Below, piece after piece: positions 18,767 through 28,586 of a DNA stretch of 64,000 nucleotides. The stretch is taken from the NCBI GenBank assembly GCA_965602905.1, contig CBFCZY010000014.1, positions 10,227 to 74,226 on the forward strand, in the 5' to 3' direction. Numbering within the stretch: the first letter of the stretch is position 1; every line of letters starts with the position of its first letter. The notes below the pieces were generated by a model. The model was not told where the DNA came from. It did not search any database and saw only the letters and a list, made by a program, of their open reading frames with translations. Source of the stretch: an uncultured bacterium. Lineage in GTDB: Bacteria; SAR324; XYD2-FULL-50-16. Position numbers and translations under genes: made by a program.

Positions 18767-19981
18767 TTAATGCCCTGTCCATTGAATAGAATTAATATCA
18801 ATCCCTTCTTTTGCCATTTCATAAAGTGGGGACATCTCTCTGAGTTTGTTCACCACAGTAGTTAATTTGTTAATTGTCTCATCTAGCTCGGCGTCAGTTG
18901 TAAAGCGGCCTAGGGAGAAACGAATAGAGCAGTGAGCAAGATCGTCGCCAACGCCTAATGCACGAAGTACATAACTGGGTTCTAAACTGGCTGAGGTGCA
19001 AGCTGAGCCTGAACTGACAGCAATATTTTCCATACCCATCATTAGGCTTTCCCCTTCAACATAAGCAAAACTTAAGTTTACTGTGCCTGGCAAGCGTTCG
19101 GTTTCATGACCGTTCAAGTAGACAAAATCCATGGTATCTTTGATTTTGTTGTGGAGTCGGTCTCTCAACTCTTGTAATTTTTTCGCCTCAGATTCCATTT
19201 CCTCTTGGGCAATCTTGCAAGCGGCACCAAAACCCACAATGGAAGGTACATTTAAGGTTCCAGACCTCATGCCTCTTTCGTGTCCGCCACCGTGCATCAT
19301 AGGTGCAAGGCGAACCCTAGGCTTTCTGCGTCTTACGTATAAGGCACCAATTCCTTTGGGCCCATACATTTTGTGTGCAGAAAGAGACAAGATATCAATG
19401 TTCATATCATCGACATCTAAGGGAATTTTCCCAGCTGCTTGGGTCGCATCCGTGTGGAACAAAACGCCATGTTTGCGGGTGAGCTCACCAATTTTTTTCA
19501 AGGGATGGACGGTACCAATCTCATTATTTGCAGCCATCAAGCTAACTAATATTGTATCTTCTCTAATGGTTGCTTCTAGTTCAGCCATGTCGATCATTCC
19601 AGCCTTATCCACCTTTAAAAAGGTAACTTCAAAACCTTTGTTTTCTAGGTAGTGGGCAGGGTCTAAAATAGCCTTGTGTTCGGTTACGCAAGTAATAATA
19701 TGCTTGCCCTTATCGGCGTACATTTCAGCGACACCGAGCAGAGCTAAGTTGTCTGATTCCGTTGCACCTGAGGTAAAGATAATCTCTTTGGAGCTGGCTC
19801 CAAGTAGGTCTGCAATCTCTTGCCTTCCTTGGATCACGGCCTGTTCGGCTTTCCAACCAAAAGAGTGGGCCTTACTGGCAGCATTGCCGTAGATCTCACT
19901 AAAATAGGGAAGCATTTTTTCCAGTACCCTAGGGTCAACAGGGGTGGTCGCTGCATAGTCTAAATAAATGGGTTCGCTCAT
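18767..19981 (-). CDS. iscS: Cysteine desulfurase IscS
   Basis: Class V aminotransferase/IscS similarity, including [12 protein letters not shown] (PLP lysine) and SSGSACTS (active-site Cys loop). Confidence 0.97.
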   Translation of the reverse strand: MSEPIYLDYAATTPVDPRVLEKMLPYFSEIYGNAASKAHSFGWKAEQAVIQGRQEIADLLGASSKEIIFTSGATESDNLALLGVAEMYADKGKHIITCVTEHKAILDPAHYLENKGFEVTFLKVDKAGMIDMAELEATIREDTILVSLMAANNEIGTVHPLKKIGELTRKHGVLFHTDATQAAGKIPLDVDDMNIDILSLSAHKMYGPKGIGALYVRRRKPRVRLAPMMHGGGHERGMRSGTLNVPSIVGFGAACKIAQEEMESEAKKLQELRDRLHNKIKDTMDFVYLNGHETERLPGTVNLSFAYVEGESLMMGMENIAVSSGSACTSASLEPSYVLRALGVGDDLAHCSIRFSLGRFTTDAELDETINKLTTVVNKLREMSPLYEMAKEGIDINSIQWTGH

Positions 19982-19989
19982 TTTATACC

Positions 19990-20412
19990 TTAAAGTGTAA
20001 ATCCTTTGATGTTTTGGTGCTGGGCAATATCTGCCAAGCTTAGGCCGTCCATAAAGCCTTTAATTTTTTTGTTGATCATCAACATGGGCTTCATTGCTGG
20101 GCAATTGGGGGCGGCGTTGCATTCTTTTTCTTTGGATGCACAATCAGAAAAACCACTTCCCACCTCGAAGATCATAATGACTTCGCCAACTGAAATTTCA
20201 TCAGGGCGTTTATTTAAAGAGTAACCGCCAAGGCTGCCTCTGGTGCTGCTGACGATTTGTGCATTTGCCAAGCACTTTAATACATTGGCTAGCATTTGAG
20301 CCGAAAGATCATAAGTACCAGCAATTTCTTTGGCGCTGGCAGGCTTAGAAGTACTTAACAAGTGGCTTAAGGCAACCAGGGCATAATCTGCTTTTTTTGA
20401 GATTTTTAACAT
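19990..20412 (-). CDS. iscR: Rrf2-family regulator, IscR-like
   Basis: Rrf2 N-terminal wHTH ([18 protein letters not shown]...) with Cys residues in the C-terminal half ([14 protein letters not shown]). First gene of the isc operon. Confidence 0.85.
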   Translation of the reverse strand: MLKISKKADYALVALSHLLSTSKPASAKEIAGTYDLSAQMLANVLKCLANAQIVSSTRGSLGGYSLNKRPDEISVGEVIMIFEVGSGFSDCASKEKECNAAPNCPAMKPMLMINKKIKGFMDGLSLADIAQHQNIKGFTL

Positions 20413-20519
20413 TACTATTAGCTACCTTAAAATATATCTAATTTGTTTGGCCCAACTTGCCTGAAAAGCTACTTTGCCCCATAATAGGCTCAAGTAACCA
20501 ATTCCTTGTCTCTATGTGG

Positions 20520-20544
20520 ATATAGTACCACTTTAGTACTATAT
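20520..20544. promoter_or_regulatory. 25-bp perfect inverted repeat; candidate Rrf2/IscR operator in the iscR-ispH divergent region
   Basis: ATATAGTAC-CACTTTA-GTACTATAT has 9-bp perfect arms and a 7-bp spacer. Total length is 25 bp, the same as type-1 IscR sites, with ATA...TAT ends. Confidence 0.35.
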
Positions 20545-20589
20545 GTCAATCCTTGAATAGAGAAAAACTAAGTTTTTATATTAAAATCT

Positions 20590-21459
20590 ATGAAAAAGAT
20601 TATTGTCGCAGAAGCCCAGGGCTTTTGCTGGGGTGTGCGCAGAGCACTGGAAATTGTTGAAGACCAAGGGCCAGTATCCATCTTGGGAGACCTGATTCAC
20701 AACAAGCAGGTGGTTAAGACCCTAGAAGCTAAGGGTAAATTTGTGATCCACGAGGTAAAGCCTGAGGAAAAAAACCCAGTTGTAATTACGGCCCACGGAA
20801 CGACGACAGAAAATATAGACCTGATCAACAGCCTAGAAAAACCCTTGCTTGATACCACCTGCCCCCTTGTGGCTACTATTTACGATGAAGGGAAAAAGCT
20901 AGAAGAAGCAGGCTGCCAGATCTTGATTATTGGTGATAAAAACCATGTTGAAGTAAAGGGTATAGCCAGTAGAATGCACCAACCTTTAATTGCCAATGAT
21001 GAAGCAGAACTAGAAGCATTAACTTTACCAGATAAATTAGGGATCATTTGCCAAAGTACCTTCTCACCAAAAAAATTCGACGTGATGGTCGAACAGGTAT
21101 GTATCCGAATTGAAGAAGTAATAGTGAAAAACACCATTTGCCACCCTACTAAAAGGCGGCAATTGGCAGCGGAAAGACTGGTAAAGCAGGTTGATATTAT
21201 GATCGTAATTGGTGGTTTTCACTCTTCCAATACAAAAAAGCTGGCAGCCCTAGCGGAACAGTACGTAGAGACTCACCATGTAGAAACAGATGAGGACATT
21301 GAAGAAAGCTGGTTTGAAGGAAAAAACGAAATTGGCATCACAGCTGGAGCCAGTACGGCAGATTGGATTATCAATGCAGTTGTACAAAAAATCGCTAGCT
21401 TTGAAGAAGGCACACTTATTGAACTAAAAGACCAAGAGGCAGAAATTTCGACAAGTTAA
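20590..21459 (+). CDS. ispH: 4-hydroxy-3-methylbut-2-enyl diphosphate reductase
   Basis: LytB/IspH similarity (AEAQGFCWGVRRAL, TTCPLV, three conserved Cys). Confidence 0.95.
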   Translation: MKKIIVAEAQGFCWGVRRALEIVEDQGPVSILGDLIHNKQVVKTLEAKGKFVIHEVKPEEKNPVVITAHGTTTENIDLINSLEKPLLDTTCPLVATIYDEGKKLEEAGCQILIIGDKNHVEVKGIASRMHQPLIANDEAELEALTLPDKLGIICQSTFSPKKFDVMVEQVCIRIEEVIVKNTICHPTKRRQLAAERLVKQVDIMIVIGGFHSSNTKKLAALAEQYVETHHVETDEDIEESWFEGKNEIGITAGASTADWIINAVVQKIASFEEGTLIELKDQEAEISTS

Positions 21460-21463
21460 TGGA

Positions 21464-22447
21464 ATGAACAGAGCTACCAAAAAAATTACAATTCTTATTA
21501 TGGGCCTAATCCTTGTTTTAACTAGTTTATCTAGTTGCAAGGACACAAAAGCAACCCACGCCGCTGGTTTGCTTGAGACCTGTAAAACCCTCAGTGACCA
21601 AGAAAACTGGGCTGAAGCCGTAACGGCTTGCGCCCTAGTTGACAATGATGAGGGGAGGCACCTGACGGCTCAGGCCTATATGGGCCTTGCAGACCTTTCC
21701 TTATTTTCTGTGATCTCAGGCCTAGCCTCGGCTAGCGACCCCATGACCCTGATTTTAGGTAAGATTCCTTCCACAGATGCCAAGGCTGCAAACTATAAAA
21801 AAGCCCTACAAATCATCATGGATGATATTGTAGTTAAGACAGATACCAATTATCTAGAGGCGTTACTTTTGTCCTCTATGCTTGTTTATAAGGAACTTTC
21901 TACCCTATTTTCATTAACAGTCGTTGATGGCACAGTTAACAACTGCGCTAGTGGTGGCAGTTTAGAAGCTTGTTCCTTTACCTTTACTATTGCAGAAACC
22001 TCAGGTTACGCCGCAGGCATCATTTTTGGGGGCCTCGGGGCAAACTTTTACAATGGCATTTGCCAAGACCCTGATTCGGCTGTTTCCATTGCGACCAACA
22101 CACCTTTAGTCCATGTCATTGCCAATACCATTACCAGTCTGAGCCTCACTACAGATATTTCTTATGATTTGAGTGTCGATGGCTGCACCATTCAAGCAGG
22201 TAGCGCCATGGCCTATAATAAATTGGCAGGCGAAGGCATAACAGGTTTTGCTGATCTGGCAGACTCTCTGACTCCGTTAAAAATATATGCTGCAATTGAT
22301 AAAGGGGTTAACTTTTCCCAGACCGTTAGTGATCTAACAAACAGTATTCAGATTTGTAATAGTGGCTTTGTCGAGCCGCCTGTTGCAGGTGACGGTATTA
22401 TTAACGATTGCGAGATCTTAGGTTATCTCAGTCCACCAGCCAATTAG
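21464..22447 (+). CDS. Lipoprotein of unknown function
   Basis: Signal peptide plus lipobox (LTSLSSC). Starts 4 nt after the ispH stop. Several paired Cys in the mature part. Confidence 0.7.
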   Translation: MNRATKKITILIMGLILVLTSLSSCKDTKATHAAGLLETCKTLSDQENWAEAVTACALVDNDEGRHLTAQAYMGLADLSLFSVISGLASASDPMTLILGKIPSTDAKAANYKKALQIIMDDIVVKTDTNYLEALLLSSMLVYKELSTLFSLTVVDGTVNNCASGGSLEACSFTFTIAETSGYAAGIIFGGLGANFYNGICQDPDSAVSIATNTPLVHVIANTITSLSLTTDISYDLSVDGCTIQAGSAMAYNKLAGEGITGFADLADSLTPLKIYAAIDKGVNFSQTVSDLTNSIQICNSGFVEPPVAGDGIINDCEILGYLSPPAN

Positions 22448-22455
22448 GATTGAGA

Positions 22456-23556
22456 ATGAAAAAACTACTTCTATTACTAATAGCATTATTTATTACCTCG
22501 GTTACTTCTGCAGGGGAGATTCGTAGGCTCGGGGAAGATTACCGTGCAAAGGCCATGGGTAACACAGGTATTGTTACGGCCACCAGTTCTACGGCCCTTT
22601 TTTACAACCCTGCTACCCTGTCTAATATCTTCACTTGGTGGATTGATACTCCCATGATGGAGCTTACCTATAGTGATGACTCGAAAGACCTCTATGATAT
22701 GGCAAAAAATGGTGGTTTTGCTCTAACGACACAGCAGGATCAATTTGACTTTATGGGCAGCTACATTGGCAAAAATCCCTATATCAAGTTTACTACAGGA
22801 ACCAACGCCGTTGTTAATATCTCTGAGCGAGGCCTGACCATCGCTGGTAATTATACCTATGAAGCTGTGCTAGATATTAAAGTTAGAAACCCCAGCATGC
22901 CTGAAATTTCCACCTTTATTCGGCTAGATCACGTAAGGCAATATGGGATGTCTGTTCCCATTGGCATTGGCCAGTGGATTATCGGCGTTACCTATAAAAC
23001 AATCCAAAGAAATGAGTTGGATTTTACCTATAGTATGTCTGACGCTTTAGACAAAAAAGACTTCCCAACCTTAGAGAGCGCAGGCACTTCTGGCATAGGT
23101 AAGGGTTATGATTTGGGCTTTTTATATCGCCAAAACTCAGCCAGTCGTTTGATGTTTGGCGGGGTTTACCGCAAGGGAATCGACTTGGGTGACTCTACCC
23201 CAATCCCCGAAGAATATGCCTTGGGTCTAGGGATGGTTCATCAATTTGGAATCTTCCGCTGGATTGGAGCCTTGGATTTTAGAGATTTAACCTTCAAGGG
23301 CGCCTCTACTGGCGATAAATCGATCAACCGTAGAACTCATTGGGGCTCAGAATTAGGCATCTTCCCTCTTTCTAAAAGTAGAAGTTGGATTTCCATTAGA
23401 AACGGTTTTTCTCAAGGGAATTACAGCACAGGTGCCGAAATTAGCTTTTGGCGAGCCATGGTTTTAGGCGGCACTAGATACATTGAAGAAACAGGTGAGT
23501 ATGCAGGTCAAAACCCTTCTAACCGTACAGTTCTTTATTTCAGTCTGGGCTTCTAG
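22456..23556 (+). CDS. Outer-membrane beta-barrel protein (FadL/TraF-like N-terminal motif)
   Basis: Start set to MKKLLLLLIALFITSVTSAG (signal peptide). Also has an AMGNTGIV...ALFYNPATL motif and a C-terminal aromatic residue (YFSLGF). Confidence 0.7.
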   Translation: MKKLLLLLIALFITSVTSAGEIRRLGEDYRAKAMGNTGIVTATSSTALFYNPATLSNIFTWWIDTPMMELTYSDDSKDLYDMAKNGGFALTTQQDQFDFMGSYIGKNPYIKFTTGTNAVVNISERGLTIAGNYTYEAVLDIKVRNPSMPEISTFIRLDHVRQYGMSVPIGIGQWIIGVTYKTIQRNELDFTYSMSDALDKKDFPTLESAGTSGIGKGYDLGFLYRQNSASRLMFGGVYRKGIDLGDSTPIPEEYALGLGMVHQFGIFRWIGALDFRDLTFKGASTGDKSINRRTHWGSELGIFPLSKSRSWISIRNGFSQGNYSTGAEISFWRAMVLGGTRYIEETGEYAGQNPSNRTVLYFSLGF

Positions 23557-23630
23557 TCATTTTGCGTGGACATTTTCCATTTTTTTTATTAAATTAGTTA
23601 GATTGCGTAAAAGCAAAATAATTTTTTTTC

Positions 23631-23671
23631 GACACTTGGCAGGGCATTCTGGCCCCAAGGTGTCATTTTTT
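23631..23671 (+). terminator. Rho-independent terminator after the OMP gene
   Basis: Stem GACACTTGG / CCAAGGTGTC (one bulge) with a ~15-nt loop, followed by a T-run (ATTTTTT). Confidence 0.7.
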
Positions 23672-23696
23672 AATCGTTATCAAATAGGGCTTTCAT

Positions 23697-25160
23697 ATGA
23701 ATGCAGTTTTAGTAACAACAGATACAAATAGACCAGCTTACAAAGTAGCTGATTTATCTTTGGCCGAATATGGCAGAAAAGAACTGCGACTTGCAGAACA
23801 AGAAATGCCAGGCCTAATGGAGCTAAGAAAGCGCTTCGGTCAAACTAAGCCTCTTAAGGGCCAAAAGGTTATGGGAAGTCTTCATATGACTGTGCAAACA
23901 GCTGTATTGATCGAAACTCTAACTGATTTGGGCGCTGATGTAAGATGGGTTTCCTGTAACATCTTCTCTACTCAAGATCACGCTGCTGCGGCAATTGTTG
24001 TTGGAAAAGGTACCCCAGAAGCACCAACAGGAACACCTGTTTATGCTTGGAAGGGCGAGACTTTAGAAGAATACTGGTGGTGTACTGAGCAGGCTTTAAT
24101 GTGGCCTGACGGTAGCGGACCTGACATGATTGTTGATGACGGTGGCGATTCTACTTTATTGGTTCATAAGGGCCTAGAGTGGGAAAAAGCTGGTAAAGTT
24201 CCAACTCCTACAGATAAAGACTCAGAAGAATATTCTGTAATCTTGGAAACTGCTGCTAGAATTTTAAAAGAAGATCCAACTCGTTGGAGCAGAATTAGCC
24301 CGAACATTAAAGGTGTTTCTGAAGAAACAACTACTGGTGTTCACAGACTTTACCAAATGGAAGCTTCTGGTGAGTTGATGTTCCCTTGTATTAACGTGAA
24401 TGATTCTGTGACTAAGTCTAAGTTTGATAACGTTTACGGATGTCGTCACTCTTTACCTGATGGTCTAAACAGAGCAACTGACGTTATGTTAGGCGGAAAG
24501 ATTGCTGTTGTGTGTGGTTACGGTGATGTTGGTAAGGGTTCAGCTCAGTCTTTACGTGCCCAAGGTTGCAGGACTATAATAACTGAAATTGATCCAATTT
24601 GTGCTTTGCAAGCTGCAATGGAAGGTTACGAAGTTAAGACTTTGGAAGAAGTTGTTGATTATGCTGACCTTTTTGTTACTACAACTGGTAACTTCAATGT
24701 AATCCGCTTAGAGCACATGGAAAAAATGAAGGACAAGGCAATCGTTGGTAACATCGGTCACTTTGATAACGAAATTGACATGGCCGCACTTGCTAAGGTT
24801 TCTGGCATTGAACGCATTAACATTAAGCCACAGTACGACGAATGGAAATTCCCAGATGGTCACTCCGTGATGATCTTGGCTGAAGGCCGCTTGTTGAACC
24901 TAGGTTGTGCAACAGGTCACCCATCTTTTGTAATGTCTGCTTCATTTACTAACCAAGTTCTAGCTCAGTTAGACATCTTGGAAAATGGTGCTAATTACGA
25001 AAATAAGGTTTATACTTTATCTAAGAAGTTAGACGAAGAAGTCGCAAGATTACACCTAGATAAATTAGGTGTGAAATTGACAGTATTAAGTAAGGAACAG
25101 TCAGAATACTTGGATATCCCAGTAGATGGCCCTTACAAGCCTGATCATTACCGCTATTAA
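23697..25160 (+). CDS. ahcY: Adenosylhomocysteinase
   Basis: Full-length SAH hydrolase similarity ([19 protein letters not shown]-binding GYGDVGKG, C-terminal [11 protein letters not shown]). Confidence 0.97.
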   Translation: MNAVLVTTDTNRPAYKVADLSLAEYGRKELRLAEQEMPGLMELRKRFGQTKPLKGQKVMGSLHMTVQTAVLIETLTDLGADVRWVSCNIFSTQDHAAAAIVVGKGTPEAPTGTPVYAWKGETLEEYWWCTEQALMWPDGSGPDMIVDDGGDSTLLVHKGLEWEKAGKVPTPTDKDSEEYSVILETAARILKEDPTRWSRISPNIKGVSEETTTGVHRLYQMEASGELMFPCINVNDSVTKSKFDNVYGCRHSLPDGLNRATDVMLGGKIAVVCGYGDVGKGSAQSLRAQGCRTIITEIDPICALQAAMEGYEVKTLEEVVDYADLFVTTTGNFNVIRLEHMEKMKDKAIVGNIGHFDNEIDMAALAKVSGIERINIKPQYDEWKFPDGHSVMILAEGRLLNLGCATGHPSFVMSASFTNQVLAQLDILENGANYENKVYTLSKKLDEEVARLHLDKLGVKLTVLSKEQSEYLDIPVDGPYKPDHYRY

Positions 25161-25217
25161 TAACTACGCAACAGGCAGCCTAGCGGCTTGAGCCCCGTTT
25201 TTAAAAAGAAAATTAAG

Positions 25218-25255
25218 GCCCTATGAATTATATCAATTCATGGGGCTTTTTTTTT
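25218..25255 (+). terminator. Strong rho-independent terminator, probably bidirectional
   Basis: 12-bp stem GCCCTATGAATT / AATTCATGGGGC (one G-U) with a 5-nt loop, followed by T9. It lies between the convergent ahcY and VOC genes. Confidence 0.8.
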
Positions 25256-25261
25256 AGAAGG

Positions 25262-25636
25262 TTATTCTGGCTTATGACAGACAGCTTCAATGTTGTTCCC
25301 ATCAGGGTCAAAAACAAATCCACCGTAATAGTTTTCGTGGTATTTTTCCCTCAAACCAGGTGCGCCCTTATCCTTTCCCCCCGCTTTCATTGCGGCATTG
25401 TAAAAGTCATCTACTTTGGCCCGAGTCTGGGCTGCAAAGGCGATGTGGCATTGGCCAATTTTCTCTCCTTCCTTTGGGGTCCCAATCCAAAAAACCCTCT
25501 TTCCGTCATGTTCAAAACCACATCCCCAACCTTGGTACTCTTGGCCTAATCTATAGCCTAAAGGCTGCAAAGCTTTTATATAAAAAGCCTTGGATTTTTC
25601 CACATTACTGACCTTGATGATTAAATGATCGATCAT
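25262..25636 (-). CDS. Glyoxalase/bleomycin-resistance/dioxygenase (VOC) family protein
   Basis: MIDHLIIKVSNVEKSKAFY...HIAF...DPDGNNIEAV is a typical VOC fold pattern. Confidence 0.85.
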   Translation of the reverse strand: MIDHLIIKVSNVEKSKAFYIKALQPLGYRLGQEYQGWGCGFEHDGKRVFWIGTPKEGEKIGQCHIAFAAQTRAKVDDFYNAAMKAGGKDKGAPGLREKYHENYYGGFVFDPDGNNIEAVCHKPE

Positions 25637-25917
25637 ATCGACTCCTAAATTTTGATTCTTACTATTATCTTAAACTTTTTGGGCGCCTGTCAAATTTTCT
25701 TTTTATAGTACTTTTTAGCTTTGTAACCTAGGGGACATATTCTCCCTACTTTTGTCCCTTGGATTTCTGGATTTAGGTGATAGATTAGAAATAGTATTTT
25801 ACTAAGAGCAAATGCAATGGCTGAAATAGCAGATAAAAACTCTAAGTTTTCAGGATTGATTTTTTTGCATCTTAGGGATAATTAATCAAAAATGTTTAAT
25901 TTTTAGTAGAGGGAAAA

Positions 25918-26220
25918 ATGTCAGTCAAAATAATTACCTTTGATTTAATGCAAGAAGGGAAAGAAGAAATCCATAAAGTTTTAGTAGAGCGACTCAAGAA
26001 GCTAAAGGCCCAAAAGTTTTCTGACTTTGCCTGGACAGTTTATGCCGAAATGAATTCTGAAGGTCTTTGCGATCAACTTTCTAAGGGTCTAATTACTGAG
26101 GATTATATCTTTGTCGGTGAGCTATCGGGAGAAATTGGCTGCCAAGCGCCCAACAAGATTAATACTTGGCTCAAGAAAAATATCGACAAAGCCTATGATC
26201 GTAGAGAACGCCTCAAATGA
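25918..26220 (+). CDS. Small hypothetical protein (100 aa), paralog of the next gene
   Basis: GAGGGAAAAATG RBS context. Shares MxVxIxT(F/Y)...ED(Y/N)(I/L)FV(G/A)E...WL(K/E) with the downstream ORF. Confidence 0.6.
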   Translation: MSVKIITFDLMQEGKEEIHKVLVERLKKLKAQKFSDFAWTVYAEMNSEGLCDQLSKGLITEDYIFVGELSGEIGCQAPNKINTWLKKNIDKAYDRRERLK

Positions 26221-26489
26221 CAGTTCATATCGTTACCTACTTCATGCATGATGATGCTGATCGTGCAGAGCTGCGAAAAGAGATAACAGATCTTGACCAT
26301 CTTAAACTTTCTGGTTCTTCCTATTTGGTCGACTCAGATTATACAACAGAGGATCTATTTGATTTATTGTACGAATATATTGTCGACGAAGAAGATAACC
26401 TCTTTGTGGCAGAGGTGATCGACCCTGAGTGGAATGCGAGTAACCCAGATGAGGACGAGTGGTTAGAGGATACCTTTCTTGAGCCTTAA
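26217..26489 (+). CDS. Small, very acidic hypothetical protein (90 aa), paralog of the preceding gene
   Basis: Its start overlaps the upstream stop (ATGA), indicating translational coupling. The C-terminus is rich in Asp/Glu. Confidence 0.6.
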   Translation: MTVHIVTYFMHDDADRAELRKEITDLDHLKLSGSSYLVDSDYTTEDLFDLLYEYIVDEEDNLFVAEVIDPEWNASNPDEDEWLEDTFLEP

Positions 26490-26562
26490 TCATCCAAGAA
26501 TTTGGGGATAAAGAACAAAAAAGCTTTTGATTGGTTCTGTGAATGGCGTTAGCTTTATATGT

Positions 26563-26955
26563 CTAACCCACAAAAATCAATTCAACTCGAATGCCGCTCG
26601 GTTCTAGGACCATGCAGTGTTGGGCAGGGCCGCCTCTGAGTAATTCAGGGGCGAATTCCACCGTGACACCTGGGTGATTTGCCGCTTGGGCAAAGGCTTT
26701 ATCTAACGCCTCTAGGCTGGCAACCTTAAAAGCCACATGATGTAGGCCAATATTTTTTTTGCGGTCAAAGTCTGACGCCTTGGGGTCCACCTGCCAAAGT
26801 GTGACCATGTTACTTCCGTCAGTGACAAAAATCGAAGGGTAAGACCTGTCTCTTTTTACAAGGGTAAAGTCTAGGGCATGGATGAAAAAATTGGACGAAT
26901 CTTCCAGTTTTTTCACGGCCAAACCGAGGTGGTGGATTCCTTCGGTTAAGGTCAT
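26563..26955 (-). CDS. VOC (glyoxalase/dioxygenase) family protein
   Basis: GIHHLGLAVKKLEDSSNFF...HHVAFKV...EPSGIRVELI. It overlaps the upstream radical SAM gene by 4 nt. Confidence 0.85.
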   Translation of the reverse strand: MTLTEGIHHLGLAVKKLEDSSNFFIHALDFTLVKRDRSYPSIFVTDGSNMVTLWQVDPKASDFDRKKNIGLHHVAFKVASLEALDKAFAQAANHPGVTVEFAPELLRGGPAQHCMVLEPSGIRVELIFVG

Positions 26956-28463
26956 TGATTGTCTGAGTTAGACTCATCATTTTCTAACTTGGTCGAGCGA
27001 TATTGATTCAGTCGCTTTTTTAGAAAGGGAGTCTTATTGGTTACACCCTTGGCAAAGGAATGGAGTTTAGGGAAGGTTTTAATAGCGAACCACGTTGTCA
27101 TCAAGGCCAGTTGTGCTCGTGGGATTTGTCCTTTAAAAACAAAGGCATTGAAGGTGATATACTCATAGTAAATCCGCCAGCCAGGGAAGCCTGGCAAGTT
27201 TAAATAGGCGCGGCTTCGCTCGGCTTTAGAACCAATGGTAGTAGGGTCAAAAAGCTCTAGTCTTAAGGCCTCATCATACAAAACAGTACCGGGGTAAGGG
27301 TAGAAAATTCCAAGGTAGGCCCGAGTTGGCTTGCAGCTACGTGTAACCTCTTTGGTCTCTAAAAAGTCCTTAACCCTCTCTTGGGGCAGGCCAATGAGCA
27401 CAAAAACATTTCTTTCAATTCCATATTCGGCAGCTAAGGTTGAAAAAAGCACCAGCTCTTCATTAGAATACTTAGGCCTGAGCAACACCTCTTGGCGCAT
27501 TCGCTCGGAACCCGATTCTAAACCAAAATTGATAAATTTAAAATTCGCCTTTTTCATGGCCAGAAGCATAGAGCGGCAGGTTTCCTCATCCTTCACCAAT
27601 TTAGAGGTGACAGTCATGTTGATGCCAAAGGAAATGGGGGTTTCACGCAGGCCATTAAATTTTTCTAAAGTCTCGCAAAGTTCCCGTAAGTACTTGGGGA
27701 AGGCTCCAATGGTCTCAATCTCTAAATAAACATCCTTTAAAGTGGGGCTTTGGTCGCAGATTTCACGGAGTTCCTCCATTACATTTTCAATGGAACGAAT
27801 CCTAACAAATTTCCCCTTGGCCAGATCTTTTAGCGCGTGATTGGAACAGTAGGTACACTTAAAAGGGCAACCTCGACCGAGTAAAATAACGGCTGAAGCA
27901 TTGGGGTTTTGAATCCACTGCGCCCATTGCTCACGTTGGATAAAGGGGAGTTCGTCTAAGTCTTGGTCAAAGGCTCTTGTTGGATTTTTTTTAATCCCAC
28001 CTTCATGCTTGATCCAAAAATTATGAACTGTCAGGGGCTGGTCTCCAGCTTCTAAAAGTTGGTAATACTCAAGGGCTGCCTTGTCGCCTTCGCCAACACA
28101 AATAGCGTCAAATTCGGGGCATGCCGCTGCTTCCTCGCTGGCTAGCGAGGCATGGTGGCCACCTAAAATCATGTTGATATCAGGGCTGACCTCTTTGATT
28201 TCTTTGGCAATAGTTTTAACAAATTCAAATTGCGAGGTAACGGCTGTAAAGGCTACGGATTCCGCCTTAAAGTCTTCTAAGATCTCATTGATTAACAAGG
28301 GATGATCGGAACCAGGACTGAAAATCCATGTTTTTACCTCATGCCCCTCTTTGGACAAAGAGGCCGCAACCATTGCGATTCCGTAGGGGACATCGGTCCA
28401 TGACATGAGAGGCATATCTATGGTGACGTAGTTTTCAACGGTGTAAATCATCGCAATGCGCAT
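26952..28463 (-). CDS. B12-binding domain radical SAM protein
   Basis: N-terminal cobalamin-binding-like domain followed by a radical SAM core with GRGCPFKCTYCSNH (CxxxCxxC). Confidence 0.9.
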   Translation of the reverse strand: MRIAMIYTVENYVTIDMPLMSWTDVPYGIAMVAASLSKEGHEVKTWIFSPGSDHPLLINEILEDFKAESVAFTAVTSQFEFVKTIAKEIKEVSPDINMILGGHHASLASEEAAACPEFDAICVGEGDKAALEYYQLLEAGDQPLTVHNFWIKHEGGIKKNPTRAFDQDLDELPFIQREQWAQWIQNPNASAVILLGRGCPFKCTYCSNHALKDLAKGKFVRIRSIENVMEELREICDQSPTLKDVYLEIETIGAFPKYLRELCETLEKFNGLRETPISFGINMTVTSKLVKDEETCRSMLLAMKKANFKFINFGLESGSERMRQEVLLRPKYSNEELVLFSTLAAEYGIERNVFVLIGLPQERVKDFLETKEVTRSCKPTRAYLGIFYPYPGTVLYDEALRLELFDPTTIGSKAERSRAYLNLPGFPGWRIYYEYITFNAFVFKGQIPRAQLALMTTWFAIKTFPKLHSFAKGVTNKTPFLKKRLNQYRSTKLENDESNSDNQ

Positions 28464-28586
28464 TCATTTCTCCTATTCTCTCAAAACAACCTGTAATCTT
28501 TTGAGAAATCTCTTTATTTGAGTTTGGTTAAAATAAGGTAAGCCTGCTGTGGTCTTGCTTTTGGGCTCTAATTTTACTTTAGTTTT

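Noticed and set aside
23557-23696. Possible SAH riboswitch upstream of ahcY
   Set aside because: The only strong structure here (23631-23664) is a simple stem-loop followed by a T-run. That is an intrinsic terminator for the upstream OMP gene. I could not find the conserved SAH-element pseudoknot sequence features.
25918-26489. Calling the two small proteins Cas2
   Set aside because: The resemblance is only at the level of the hydrophobic/secondary-structure pattern. There is no CRISPR array or cas1 in the window and no conserved Cas2 catalytic Asp context that I can verify. It is kept as a hypothesis in the findings, not as an annotation.
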